This document shows positions 38,701 through 50,018 of a DNA stretch of 64,000 nucleotides, piece by piece (within the stretch, counting starts at the first letter, position 1; each line of letters begins with the position of its first letter). Under the pieces are notes generated by a model. The model had not been told where the DNA came from, did not search any database, and saw nothing but the letters and a program-made list of their open reading frames with translations. The stretch spans positions 69,540 through 133,539 of the forward strand of contig MU004232.1 in the NCBI GenBank assembly GCA_010405405.1, in the 5' to 3' direction. Source of the stretch: Microthyrium microscopicum (taxonomy: Eukaryota). A program made the position numbers and the translations under genes.

Positions 38701-41459
38701 TAGGATTAGTTTCTACTCCTCCCTTCTAGAGGCCCCCCCTATCCAGAGGCCCCTCTAGCTACGCCAGAGGGCTTTAAGCCTAAGCTTTTAGTAGTAACGC
38801 TACTAAAAGCCTAGAATTAAAGCCTTCTAGGTTAGTATGCTAATAAATCTATACTTACGCTTTATAGACGTAAAATCTAGTATCTAAAGCACGTTTAAAA
38901 TACGTTAGTAAAGTAAAGATAAAGAAAACTTATAAATTCTATAGTTTTATAAGTAATTATATTATTAGATTAGTTTTAAAGAGCTAAAAGTAATATAAAT
39001 AAGATATTAAGATTTCTATTAGTCTTATTAGTTTACTAAAGTATTAATTTTACCTTAAATTCTTTAAAAATACTACTTTAAAATAGCTAAAATATTAATA
39101 TACTTAGTATTAAATTAGGTATTTAGATTAAAAGATAAAATATATACTACTATAAGGAAGTTTACTATTTTAAAGTACTTCTAATTAAGTATAATTAATA
39201 CTAATAAGAAGAAGTATAAAATATACTATAATTAAGTAAAAGGATGCCCTAAAGAGTACTCTTAGCGTACTAAATCTATCTTATAAGTAAATAGTAATAG
39301 TACTATAATCTAGTAAATTAGTATACTTAATTCTAATAATATTTATATTTATAGAGAGCTTTCTTTACTACTATAATTAATTAGCTTATAAATAAAAACT
39401 ATTACTATTATACTTACTAAAGTAGAAAGTACTATTTTACTTTAAATACTAGTTATTAATATATAAGATATATTTTAATATATAATAAAGTATAAACTAA
39501 GCACTTAATAAATCTATAAAACTAAAAGAAAGCTATTTAAAAGATTAACTAATAACTTCTTAGATTCTTATTTTTAGTTTCTTTCTTATATTTAACGCTT
39601 AAAGAAAGCTAATCCTAACGTATTTATAAAGGTTAATTTAGTAGAAAAAGAGTAGTATAAACGTATATTTATCTACTTATATATTAGTTAAACTTTATAG
39701 AAATATATACCTAAAATTATCTATTTAAATATATACTATTATAAAAAAGACTATAACTTACGTCTTATAATAGCTATAAGTATTAATAGTAATAAGGAAT
39801 TATTAATTTATATATAAGTAGTATTTAAAAGTAAATTAAATAAGTCTTAAAAGTAGTTCTATAGATACTTAAATAAAGTGATACTAGGAATTAAAATTAG
39901 TAAAGAAGAAGGTAAGAAATATTTCTATTTACCTAAGAATCTTCTTATTAGTCTATTAGCTAGAATATTAAATATTCTAGCTCTTAATAGCCTTAGTATA
40001 CCCTATTAAATATATTAAATATTATAATATTATAATCTTATAATACTTTCTATATCTTTATATCTTTTTATTTTATTTAATTTATTCTATTTTTAGTACC
40101 TTATTCTATAATTCTTTTAGATTATAATAAAGGCCTTTAAAATACTATTTTTAAGATATTTAAAAATACTAATTCTAGGTAGTATATATACTACCTATCT
40201 AAGAATCTTACTAAAGTAGTTAAAATAGCTAGAAGTAAATACCTTTTAGTATACGTAAGCTATACCTTTTAAAATTAGTTTAACTTCTTTTTATAATAAG
40301 ATTATTAAACCTATAAGTATAAATTCTAATTAATAATTAAATCCTATCCTCCTAAATAATAAGTACTTAAAGATTTTAAGAGTCTATAATATAGTATAAT
40401 AACTTTAAACTATATTAAATTTATTAATACTACTATACTTCTTATAAGAGAGAATTACTCTCTTTTTATACTTAATACTATTTAGAACTATATTATATAA
40501 AAGTATATAAATTAAATCTATATTATTACTTTCTTCCTTAAGTATTTATTAACTTACTATATAATTTTATACTAGGCCTTTATATTACGTATATAAGACC
40601 TATTTTAAGAATATCTTAAGTTAAATAAGAAGTAATTCTTATTATATATAGTTAATTCTTAAAGTAATAGTAATAGTAATATTTCTAAAGCTTTAGCTAT
40701 TATTAGAATATATAGAGAAGATTAGAATAACTTAAAAGATTATTATATAGATTTTTATACTTATTCTTATAGCTATTTATACTAGTAAAATAAGTTATTT
40801 CTCTACTTATATATTATAGTTACTATTTAGCATTTATATAGAAATTTTATAAAATTTATAGATAAAATCTATTTCTTATAAACTATTAAGAAGTACTATT
40901 TTAATTTTAAAAAGGGTAAAGAAGATATAATTAATTATACTATAAGTTCTATCTTAATTCTTAACCTTAAATTTAATCCTAATCCCTCTTTTCTACTTCT
41001 TAAAATACTTAAAATTAAGACTTAGGGACTAAAATAGAAGAAGAGGAAGCTTATTAGTAGTATTTATACTATACCTAAAAATGTTAACTAAAAGTATAGT
41101 TTCTATAGTAAGAAAAGATATAATTCTTAAGTCTATAAAATTTAGTAATTATATATATTTTAGTAGGTAAAGTTAGGTATCTTTAAGCTTTATTTAATAC
41201 TCTTTTTAATAGAAATTAATATATTTTTAATACTAAATTTAAGGTTATAATATAATCCTAAAGGATCTATATCCTTTTCTCTAGAGGCCTTCTAGATTAA
41301 TATCTAATTTAATACTAACTAATAACGCTATTACTAAAGCTAGCTTTTATATAGCGTCTTTACATAAAAGATAGCTTTAGCTATAGCGCGTTAGGATCCC
41401 TAAAGGGGGGTCTCTGGATAGGGGGGGCCTCTGGGAGGGGGGAGTGGAAACTTCTCCTG
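38701..41459 (+). mobile_element. RIP-inactivated MULE DNA transposon, element C
   Basis: ~55-bp TIRs (CAGGAGAAGTTTCCACTCCCCCCTCCCAGAGGCCCCCCCTATCCAGAG). 10-bp TSD GTAACCTAAA (38691-38700) / GTGACCTGAA (41460-41469). De-RIPed relics: MULE core ~39660-39890 (RIFIC...D...A.GID.N...W...E.E...W.WF), SWIM ~40760-40830, CCHC knuckle CGFCGEKGHNSRVC ~41095-41137. Confidence 0.9.
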
Positions 41460-42460
41460 GTGACCTGAATGACAGTTACAAAACAGTGCATGAAGGAAAG
41501 CCAACGCTTCGAAAAACATGGACGAGCTAGCACAGAAGGCCTATCGTGATTGCGCCAGGGATGATCGTGTAATCTTGCCATGTCTTTGGATTGAGATATT
41601 GACAGTACGGGCCGATATGCTTGTTATGGCGACTGTTTAGGAAACTGTTTAACAAATCCAGGTTGAGCAATTATTGTCATTAGCGAAGTACCTGGTTCAG
41701 GGCTTGAGGACCCGACTACATTCGCGACTTCAAAGATACGGCGATGATATCGTTTTCAAGATGGGGCGCTCTAGCGCTTGTTCTTGCGGCTGTGAAAACC
41801 CGCCAACGTGGGAAATCAAGACACGCCAAAGCAATTCTGGCGCTGGCATCTGGACTCTTCTCCGCCTCTTGCATTCAAGCATCATGATCATTGGCTGGTT
41901 CCTTTTAGGTACGGGTCGGCTGCTGATCCGCTCTTAGTCGGTCCCGCATTAAGCGAATTATTCTCCTTGTTGAATCTTGCGGTAACTTGTAAGGGATGAA
42001 TTCTTCAATGGCCTCAATGCAATGCATAAAACAGGCAGTCCCAGATTCATTACATTTGATCACAAGTTCGAGTTAAACCAAAGTTCCTCCCCTATTCACG
42101 CGTTTGATCGAGTACTCAGAGACAGTCTACAGAGAACTTGTCTCCATGTTGGCTGTCGTCATGATTGGGGGCCGCATTATGTGCAAAGATATTGGCTGAG
42201 CCATCAATGCTGTTTGCAAAAGAACTGTACAAGATTGAACGTTGAGAAGAAGGATTTCTTTATCGTTTTGTATCAGCATCGGCCGAGATGACGCGTAACC
42301 CGGCTCCGAAATAATATATCGGCCGAGTCCTCTGTGATCAACTAAATACATTATGCAATTGCCGGTCAAAATGTGGCATCATTGTTCCTACGGCACTGTA
42401 CTCATTATCACAATCTAGAGATCATTTTACTTCATCATTTGTATTTTGTTGCGACGACTG

Positions 42461-43580
42461 ATGGCTGGCGGTCTTTGTGAAAGCGTTGGAGAAGCAGACG
42501 CTGACATTGGTGGTATAGGTGTGAGTATATTACAGTCTCTTGGCCATTTGAAGAGCTTATTAGTGCTCACTCTCGCGCATTATTTCTTGAGATCCGATAT
42601 GACTAAGGTTATATGCACTTAGAGTTGACTCGTATCACAGATTCTTACTGCCTTTGGTGCTCAGGGGTTCATTTCTCTCGTGTTATCATTTTGGGTTCTA
42701 TATTTGTCCAGTCGAGGCAAATTGAACATCAAACATGCCGAAGGAACTCCACAGTATGAAGTTGAGACGAAACGACAAGAGCTATTGGCAGACATCCTAA
42801 TCATGGGAAATGATGCCCAAGTTTTGACAGGTAGGTCTTCTCAAAATGATGCTTTCCATGTAATGCTCAATTGATACAGACATTGCACTCATAATAACTG
42901 GTCTTGCCAGTGCTCGCACCATCGATTTGTATCACTTGCATCTCATCTTTGATACAGTCAGTCTTGTCGGCGTATCCAACACAGCAACCATGATATGCTG
43001 GTCCGTACCAGCGGCTCGAATGCCTTGCTATCAATCACGAAGAAAGCCTGGTCGACTATCACGATTCACGCCGCGTATGTTGGCAACTTATCTCTTCTTT
43101 GCGCTTTTCCTGGCTTTGACGATTCTGATCAACGTCAAACTCAATAGCTGGGATGAAGATGTGTCTGGCCGGTGCTATCATACACATTTGGCCATGTCGC
43201 CATTTGCCAAGCATCCGAGAGACGACCAAATCTACATCAGCATAACGTCAATTTGGTTACTCCTTAATATTGTAGGGCCGTCCTATGGAAAAGTCAAGGA
43301 GACGAGCAAAGTCCTCGCTCTGGGACTTACACAGTACCCATTGCATTTGTATATGCTAATTGCGATGAGGACTGCCAATCAGGACTTCTTAGAGGGCGAT
43401 CATGCAGAGAATGAATGGAAGTTTGGCCAAACTATTGCTGTAGTACTGCTGGGAGTGACAATTTGCGGGATCATGTACGCGATATATGAGGTCTGGGAGT
43501 TTCATGAAAGCACAAAAGAGAATAGTTCAGGCTCTGTGAAGGCAACAGTACCTAATCTGCAATATGACGAAGCCAAATGA
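42461..43580 (+). CDS. Uncharacterised fungal multi-pass membrane protein, 3 exons
   Basis: Spliced model MAGGLC....DADIGGIG|ILTAF...D.Q..T|..YH...ENEWKFGQTIAVVLL, a motif set common in ascomycete membrane proteins. Introns 42521-42640 and 42831-42879. Confidence 0.8.
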
Positions 43581-43852
43581 AAATATTACACTACCGATAA
43601 GAGATCGCCAGATAGAACGAACTTGCAGTATAAAATGGTCAATCAGTCTTCTGTGACTTTTCAATGTATATGGGCACCAAATAATTGGCCCTTTACGATT
43701 GAAGCATAGTTTAAATTTCCCAGAGAAGTGCCGAAGACTATTTTGGTGGCTCAATTACTCTAGTAACTATTGGTATTCAATAACACATGTAGTAATAGTG
43801 ATTGAATTGCATTGAATTGTAAGCACCATCGCCATACATAAGAGCCTATTAT

Positions 43853-44563
43853 TTATTGACCAGTCCAAACAGCTGGCGGTGGTAGATGATAGGCACCAGG
43901 ACTGGCCTTCCACTTGTTGTAGGTAATAGCTGGGCTGCTGGCAGTAAGATATCCAGGAATCTTGACAGTTGGGCCTGGTTTTCCACCACCTGTACCAGTG
44001 ACACGGATCTGAGCACACTCCATATAGAACTGTGCCTTGCCATCTTGAGCTTGATGCAGACCGATTTGCTCCGGGCGGACAAGATAGTCTCCGGGAGGAG
44101 TGGACAAGGGAATAGTAGCCTCAATCATTGGCTTGTACCAAGTGCACCAGTCACCATCATTATGTGGGTTACTCCCACACACACCAGCCTCGAAAATCTT
44201 GAACCAATCTCCAGAGCCATCGTATGTTGAGGCGTTTCCGGGGGCCTTGGACATCCAGATAAAAGCCGGGCCCGGGTGTTCGATCTTCTTGCCGGCACTC
44301 CAAAGCGAGAAGCCGACTTTGCTACCAGCAGCAACGGTGTATGTTTGAGTGGCGCCGCCTTGTGAAGCGCCAGAGTTACATCTCATGTTGGGAGAGTTGA
44401 GACTGGTAGGGAAGGTTGGTTGATAGGAGTTGCTGTTCTTTCGAACATAGGTGAAGTCACTGCCGACTTGTTTGCCATTGACGTGGAGTTTGCTGAAGAT
44501 GTAATGGGCCTCGATAAGTGGTGATGCCGCCAAGCATGATGCTGTGAAAGTTGACCACTTCAT
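43853..44563 (-). CDS. Lytic polysaccharide monooxygenase AA9 (GH61), intronless, no CBM
   Basis: Signal peptide then mature N-terminal His (HYIF), MRCN, HPGP, YDGSGDWFKI, PGDYLVR.EQIGLH, AQFYMECAQI.VTG, VKIPG. Confidence 0.95.
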   Translation of the reverse strand: MKWSTFTASCLAASPLIEAHYIFSKLHVNGKQVGSDFTYVRKNSNSYQPTFPTSLNSPNMRCNSGASQGGATQTYTVAAGSKVGFSLWSAGKKIEHPGPAFIWMSKAPGNASTYDGSGDWFKIFEAGVCGSNPHNDGDWCTWYKPMIEATIPLSTPPGDYLVRPEQIGLHQAQDGKAQFYMECAQIRVTGTGGGKPGPTVKIPGYLTASSPAITYNKWKASPGAYHLPPPAVWTGQ

Positions 44564-45087
44564 AATGAAAGATTAGATGTTTAGGTAGATTTGACAGGAA
44601 ACGAGTGAATGTGTCTAGAGGACGTAGTCAAGCAGACAAAGAGCAAGAGTGCTTATATTTTTACTTCTACAAACTACGGACTTATTGCTCTTATCCAAAG
44701 ATGCCTTCAATTTTATTCTTTTGTCAATAAGAAGTCGAAAAAGGAAGGACTGGAACAAATGCAATGGAGAAATATATTTGAAAACAGCAGTAATGGCTGG
44801 GATACGCAGTTGTAAGCTGTCTGGAGACATAATTTCCAGCCAACCAGTCGAATAATCAACACGGTAGGGCAAAAGCGGTCGTTGAATAGGTCGCTTACTA
44901 AATTACTCCGTATCCATCGCCCGCGAGGAATAGAAGGTGTATGATAGGTCTTTCTAGGGAAGGAAGTTGTGTTTAACCTGGAAATGCCCTTCCCGCTTCC
45001 CCCAACCTGGATTAATATATTAAGATTCAAAATAGAAGCAGGGATCTGTTCTGTATGTGAATCAAAAGTCTTGTACCGTAACTAGGC

Positions 45088-45101
45088 CGGATTCCCAACC
45101 G
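45088..45101. promoter_or_regulatory. CGG-N8-CCG inverted triplet, candidate ClrB/CLR-2-type Zn2Cys6 site upstream of AA9
   Basis: CGGATTCCCAACCG lies ~525 bp upstream of the AA9 ATG. A motif this short can occur by chance. Confidence 0.3.
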
Positions 45102-45410
45102 GACAACTCACGTCCTTATATTACCTGCTGGTGGATTGAAATTAGGTTGCAGATCCAAACGGTAGTCGAACAATATGATCTGAATAGCCATCGCAAGTCG
45201 CAACTTGGAATCGTGGAACAATATCTGATTGGAAAAAGATAGAGAGTCTAGCACGTTATGTTACAAACCAAAAGCTCGGCAACAAAACAGGTATCTGATC
45301 CTGGTTTCGAGAGTATGTAGTGTTTAATCTGAGGGATATCAAATTGTGGTGGCATACTGTAAATCATAATGTCCGTCGCACACGCGATTACTTCGAGAAC
45401 CGGACTGATA

Positions 45411-46005
45411 TCAAGCTAAAAGATGGCATTGATTTTTAAGGCAAAAGCTGTCAGCTTTCTTCCAAAAGAATTTGAGCAGCAACTCAATAGCAGACAAATC
45501 AAGTGACCATGATTTCGCTCCCATACGTGCCATTACACGATTTGGGTCAGCATCTCTCTTTGAATGACGATTTCTTGCTTCATTCTGGCAACACGTCAGT
45601 GCAATCATGGGCGATTTTGTATAATGACACTAGGTAATCTTTCAAAGATGGATTATGTATCACAATGGCATGAGCATCAGCAAGTGCATCAAAGATACTG
45701 ATAGAGTCTGAGTAGGGTATTGGTACTAGCTCTGAGGTTGTTATTACATATCTGACTTCAATAATATCGTCAAAGTAGGATTTCACAAAAAGTGTATTCT
45801 ATGATTCATCATGAGCTTCTGTCCGGGTAGACCGAGTCACTGACACTTCCCTTGCGCAGACAGGCTCGAATTCGAAATTTTGAAGCTTCTCCAAGATAAT
45901 AACCTCCACAGGAATCTTCAAGAACCATTTATTTGCTATTGCAAAAGATGGTTGCAAGTGTTTTAAAAGAAGTTTCAGATTAGAGACATTTGGTTGCTGA
46001 ATCAC
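45411..46005 (-). pseudogene. Possible degenerate gene fragment
   Basis: ORFs 45799-46005 and 45580-45786 are in the same frame, separated by one stop, and have protein-like composition. More stops follow downstream. No family recognised. Confidence 0.3.
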
Positions 46006-46348
46006 CTCACCAACCGCTAGAGTGAGTATATCTCGTCAAGTAGTGTGTGAAGCCTTCCTGAAGCTGTTCAATTAAAAGACATTTTATTGATAATTTGGAA
46101 TCAGAATTTGAGGAAAGCATAATGATACATTTTCTACTACTCATCAAGCGTCATGGAAGTGAGAAGCATTCTGCGGGTCGTTGACTTCGATGACCCCTCG
46201 TACCCACCTCACGCCTGAACCATCTTCTTACATCACAGCATTTTCAATCGAGCGCAGAGAAACATCAATGAACAGTCGCTGTAGAGCTTTATATGGACTT
46301 CAGCATTACAATAGAACATTCAACTCAATCTCAAAACATTGCACCGCA

Positions 46349-47236
46349 ATGTCCGCACAGTCATCAACGCAAGACACCTCGACAGTCCCACGAGCACCAT
46401 GGCGAGACCAATTCGTAGAACATGTATCCAAGATGAAATCCCCAGAATTTGTTCTCAGCACACTTGGCTCTGATCCCACCGGCCGATTCAAGGTCATTCC
46501 TCGAGCAAGAACATGCATCTATCGGGGCATGTGGGGCGCCATGACTCCCAACGACCGCAATCCTGCAAAGAAGAATCCCGCCGCATTCGAAAGTGACTGT
46601 CCGACATTGACGACCGACGTGCGTATGGAGAAAGTTGGTGAGATCTTCCGACCAGCAGTTGGCACTGCGACCGACGAGGATATTCACGGGTGCGGTGGTG
46701 GTGGACCGGTCGAAGCTTTATGGTGGATCAAGGAAGAAGGGATTATGACCCAGTGGAGACTTCGAGGGGATGCGTGGATTGTAGCCCCAAATATTGATGA
46801 TAAAGATAACAACAAATCCGAGAAGACAAAAGAGCAGATTGGGAAGTGGACAAGGGTAGTGGATGAGAAAGAGGTGGAAAATTGGAGCTGGGAACGAGAG
46901 CTTACTGCTCATTATGGGAATCTAGCTCCTGGAATGAGAGGTATGTTTTACGAATTCGACAAGTTCCTTCTTCTGACATTTTGTGACTCTGCAGGTAGTT
47001 TCAAAAATCCACCACCAGGAAAACCGGCAAACGAGAATTCGAAGGAAGCAGAGAAAGTTGGTGAGGGCACGGAAGACCTTCAAGATTCAGAAGGGCGAAA
47101 GAACTTTCGAGTCGTAGTCATCAGACCGTATTCGGTTGAGTCGATTGACTTGAGCGATCCATCAAAAGCAAGGAGACAGCATTATACATATGATGAGGAG
47201 AACTCAAAATGGGAGCATGAGACTCTTTGGCCTTGA
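46349..47236 (+). CDS. Pyridoxamine 5'-phosphate oxidase-like FMN-binding protein (Alr4036-type), 2 exons
   Basis: APWR, LSTL, PRARTCIYRG, TTDVRMEK, VEALWW...TQWRLRG, SFKNPPPG, RKNFRVVVI.P, W.HETLWP. In-frame 54-nt intron 46941-46994. Alternative upstream ATG at 46268. Confidence 0.85.
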   Translation: MSAQSSTQDTSTVPRAPWRDQFVEHVSKMKSPEFVLSTLGSDPTGRFKVIPRARTCIYRGMWGAMTPNDRNPAKKNPAAFESDCPTLTTDVRMEKVGEIFRPAVGTATDEDIHGCGGGGPVEALWWIKEEGIMTQWRLRGDAWIVAPNIDDKDNNKSEKTKEQIGKWTRVVDEKEVENWSWERELTAHYGNLAPGMRGMFYEFDKFLLLTFCDSAGSFKNPPPGKPANENSKEAEKVGEGTEDLQDSEGRKNFRVVVIRPYSVESIDLSDPSKARRQHYTYDEENSKWEHETLWP

Positions 47237-48037
47237 GTGTTAACAACGTATCTCTGTATAATACTTCTTTTTGAGTTGGTATTACAGCTCAAGACAGCAT
47301 TTTCCCTGTTCGAGCGAATACAATTTGTACAAACGATACCGACGTCAAATCACGAGGAGTTTATCGTAGTTGAATGACCTCCCTTATGTGTTAATCTGAA
47401 AGTTCTGTGCAGGATGTAGAACATTCCTTTGAAAAGCGACTTCTCTTAAACACAGTTTGTAACATTGGTTTGCTCTTTTGACACTAAGGTATTACTTTCG
47501 CCTCCAATTTTTAGCTTTGACGATCAACAGGCCAGTCGATTACTTCGCGCCGCAGTACTTGCATAAGAATTGAAGATGATACAAAATTATGGGGCTCACA
47601 AGTTTCCGAGACAAGAAAGTGTGCAGGTCAATCAAGTAGGTAGGTATTCTTGATTGACTTGTCAAATGCAGTGAGCGAATGAGGTGGTTTAGAGCAATAT
47701 CAAAAATCATATTGTGACTCGTGAGAGGTTGAACCGGTAAGCAAACAACTTGTATCATTACTCCGCAAGTTTATGTTTACGAGCTTTTACATTATCGAGA
47801 TTTGACGTTGGTTCTTGAACAAAAAATCCGAAAGAGATAACGGCAGGCGCTGCCCCATGCCTTCCTTTTGTAGGAGTCAAAGGGACTGTCTGTTCCTGCT
47901 CAATCCAAGGCAGGAAGTAGTGGCTTTTGTCACACCAAACAATGAATTTTGAGCATCTCAATCCCCAAAATCCGCTCTCACAATTTCTACCTACACATTT
48001 CAAGCCGACTCAGCTCACTTCTCCGAATGTGATTGCG

Positions 48038-49403
48038 ATGTCTCCTACGCTTCCCAGTCTTGCACTCTCCAATCTCTACCATCCTGGAGACATTTGCTGG
48101 CTGAAAGATGAAGAAGATTGTGAAGAAAGTGCGGATGAAGTCACACTCCCAGATTTCTGCTTTGACCATCCAGTTGTGATACTTTGGCTAGAGAGCACCG
48201 GCGAAACAGCAGCTTTCTTTATGGTAAGGGCTCTACAATTTGACTAACAGCTAAGCTAAATATGCCCAGGTAACCTCGTTCGGCGGCACTTCCCTGGAAA
48301 ACAAACACCCATACAAAGAGCTTCGTAAACTTCATGTCCCGATTTGTCCCAGCGCGCCAAACTGGGAGCTCGGCGGGCTGAGACTCGAGCTAGAGGACGG
48401 CCAGAGTCTTCGAAAGAATAGCTACGTTAAAATTGAGTTCGTTCGAAAATGTAAACTCTCAAGTCTTCTTCCAAAACCCCAGAAACTCACCGCCCAGTCA
48501 CTCAAACGACTTTTGGAGTTTGCGCCTGGAAGACCGGTCGAGGAATCACCACTCAACGAGACTACACCGATAGCTGAGGAAGATGCAATTCCACCAGTTG
48601 CTCGGCCTATTCTCTTGCCGGCACCTCCAAAACGACCGATCCTCTTACCAGCACCACCAACTCGACCCATTCTATTACCAGCGCCTCCAACAAAACCTAT
48701 CCTCCTGCCACCACCACCACCTCGACCTATCCTTCTGCCCGCACCTCCACCGAGACCTATATTGTTACCAGCACCTGCCCCCAAGCCTATCTTGTTGCCA
48801 GCACCTCCAGCTCGGCCGGTTCCTTTGATAGTACCAGTAGCAGTAGCTCAAACGATCCTCCTACCAGCATCCCAGGGAGTTCAGCCGGCAAGTGAGCAGT
48901 CAGTACCGCATTACATCCAGCCAGCAACTTTTCCGAGCGAAGAAGCACTTACGAGACTGGGTAACTCACAGTCTTCACCAATCAGTACTCCTGTCACTCT
49001 AGGAACTTCCAATCATTCGCCTATTCCAAATTCATATGGTCCACTTTTATCAGGCCAACCAATAGTGGAATATGGCACATTCGGACATACCAAACGATGT
49101 AGAATCCTCAAGGGGTTGGATTGGCTTCGCACTACTCTCTTGAGTGACGAAGCTCTTAGAACCTACGCCATGGTACTTGTCGTACTGGTCATTCTCGTGT
49201 TCCTTGGCCTTTGTCTGCTCGGGACAAGACACCTAGCTACTATGTTGTGGTCATGGATGAAGCATGTAGGACCAGGAGTACAGAAATGGGTTGTTGACAG
49301 CATTGAAGCTATTAGGGAAACGGTCAAGTCATGGATGGGTATCGAAGATGTGGGAGCAGAACCTTGGCGATGGGCTAGAACAGTTCGGTGCAATGTATTG
49401 TAG
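48038..49403 (+). CDS. Hypothetical protein: N-terminal PemK/MazF-like motif domain, Pro-rich decapeptide repeats, C-terminal TM helix; 2 exons
   Basis: Intron 48224-48269 joins GDICWL...DHPVVIL...FFM|VTSFGG...VPI.P...L.L..G..LRKNSYVK in frame to ORF 48513-49403. Confidence 0.75.
48604..48813 (+). repeat. Coding 30-bp tandem repeat, 7 copies of [RK]PILLPAPPx
   Basis: Direct translation. The copies are diverged at synonymous positions. Confidence 0.92.
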
Positions 49404-50018
49404 AGAGAGACAGCAATCTCTTGCAGTGTGTATGTTGGATATGTGGCTGGCGCGTGTGACGGCTACCTAGGCCGCTGGGTGCGTCAGTTTATTGAATAAA
49501 GGCGTAAGCAAACATTCCGAAGACTATCTTTCCGTCAAGGTATTTGATGTTCAATTTTAGTTTCACCATGATAAAGAGTGCCTGTCGACAGCAGGGAACG
49601 GTGAACATAATGGGAGCTTGGCGCATCACAACCAGCTAGGACAATTGCAGTCACCGCCCAATGCAGACGAAGCGAGTCATGTACATGAAGCCGAATGTAA
49701 ATTCAGAGCATACTAAGTAAGATAATGTGTCACCTATCAATGGCTGTTTTGGCAGGAACTCGAGTGGTAGTCAGATAACATTTCAGCCTTGCGCTCAGCC
49801 TTATTGGGAAACCCTGTCGTATAGATTGCGGGGCATCCGATGCTCTGAATGTTGACATCAGATTCACCAAGCCTCGACTTTGTCTTTTTTTGCAACTACA
49901 ACAGCTCAAACAAGCTCTGTACGACTTGAAGTATACTCGCATTCCTCCCAAAGTCCCTACAAAACACACAGAACTTCCTTCCTTCCCATATTTCCCATTA
50001 CTGCACCTTTTCGAAAAC

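Noticed and set aside
33172..41459. AT-rich island as centromere, mitochondrial insertion or horizontally transferred DNA
   Set aside because: Boundaries coincide with TIRs and TSDs, CpA/TpG are depleted as expected for RIP, and MULE transposase relics can be read.
48422..48820. 30-bp repeats as a CRISPR-like array, and the Gly-rich antisense ORF
   Set aside because: Contiguous coding repeats with no spacers. The antisense ORF mirrors the proline codons.
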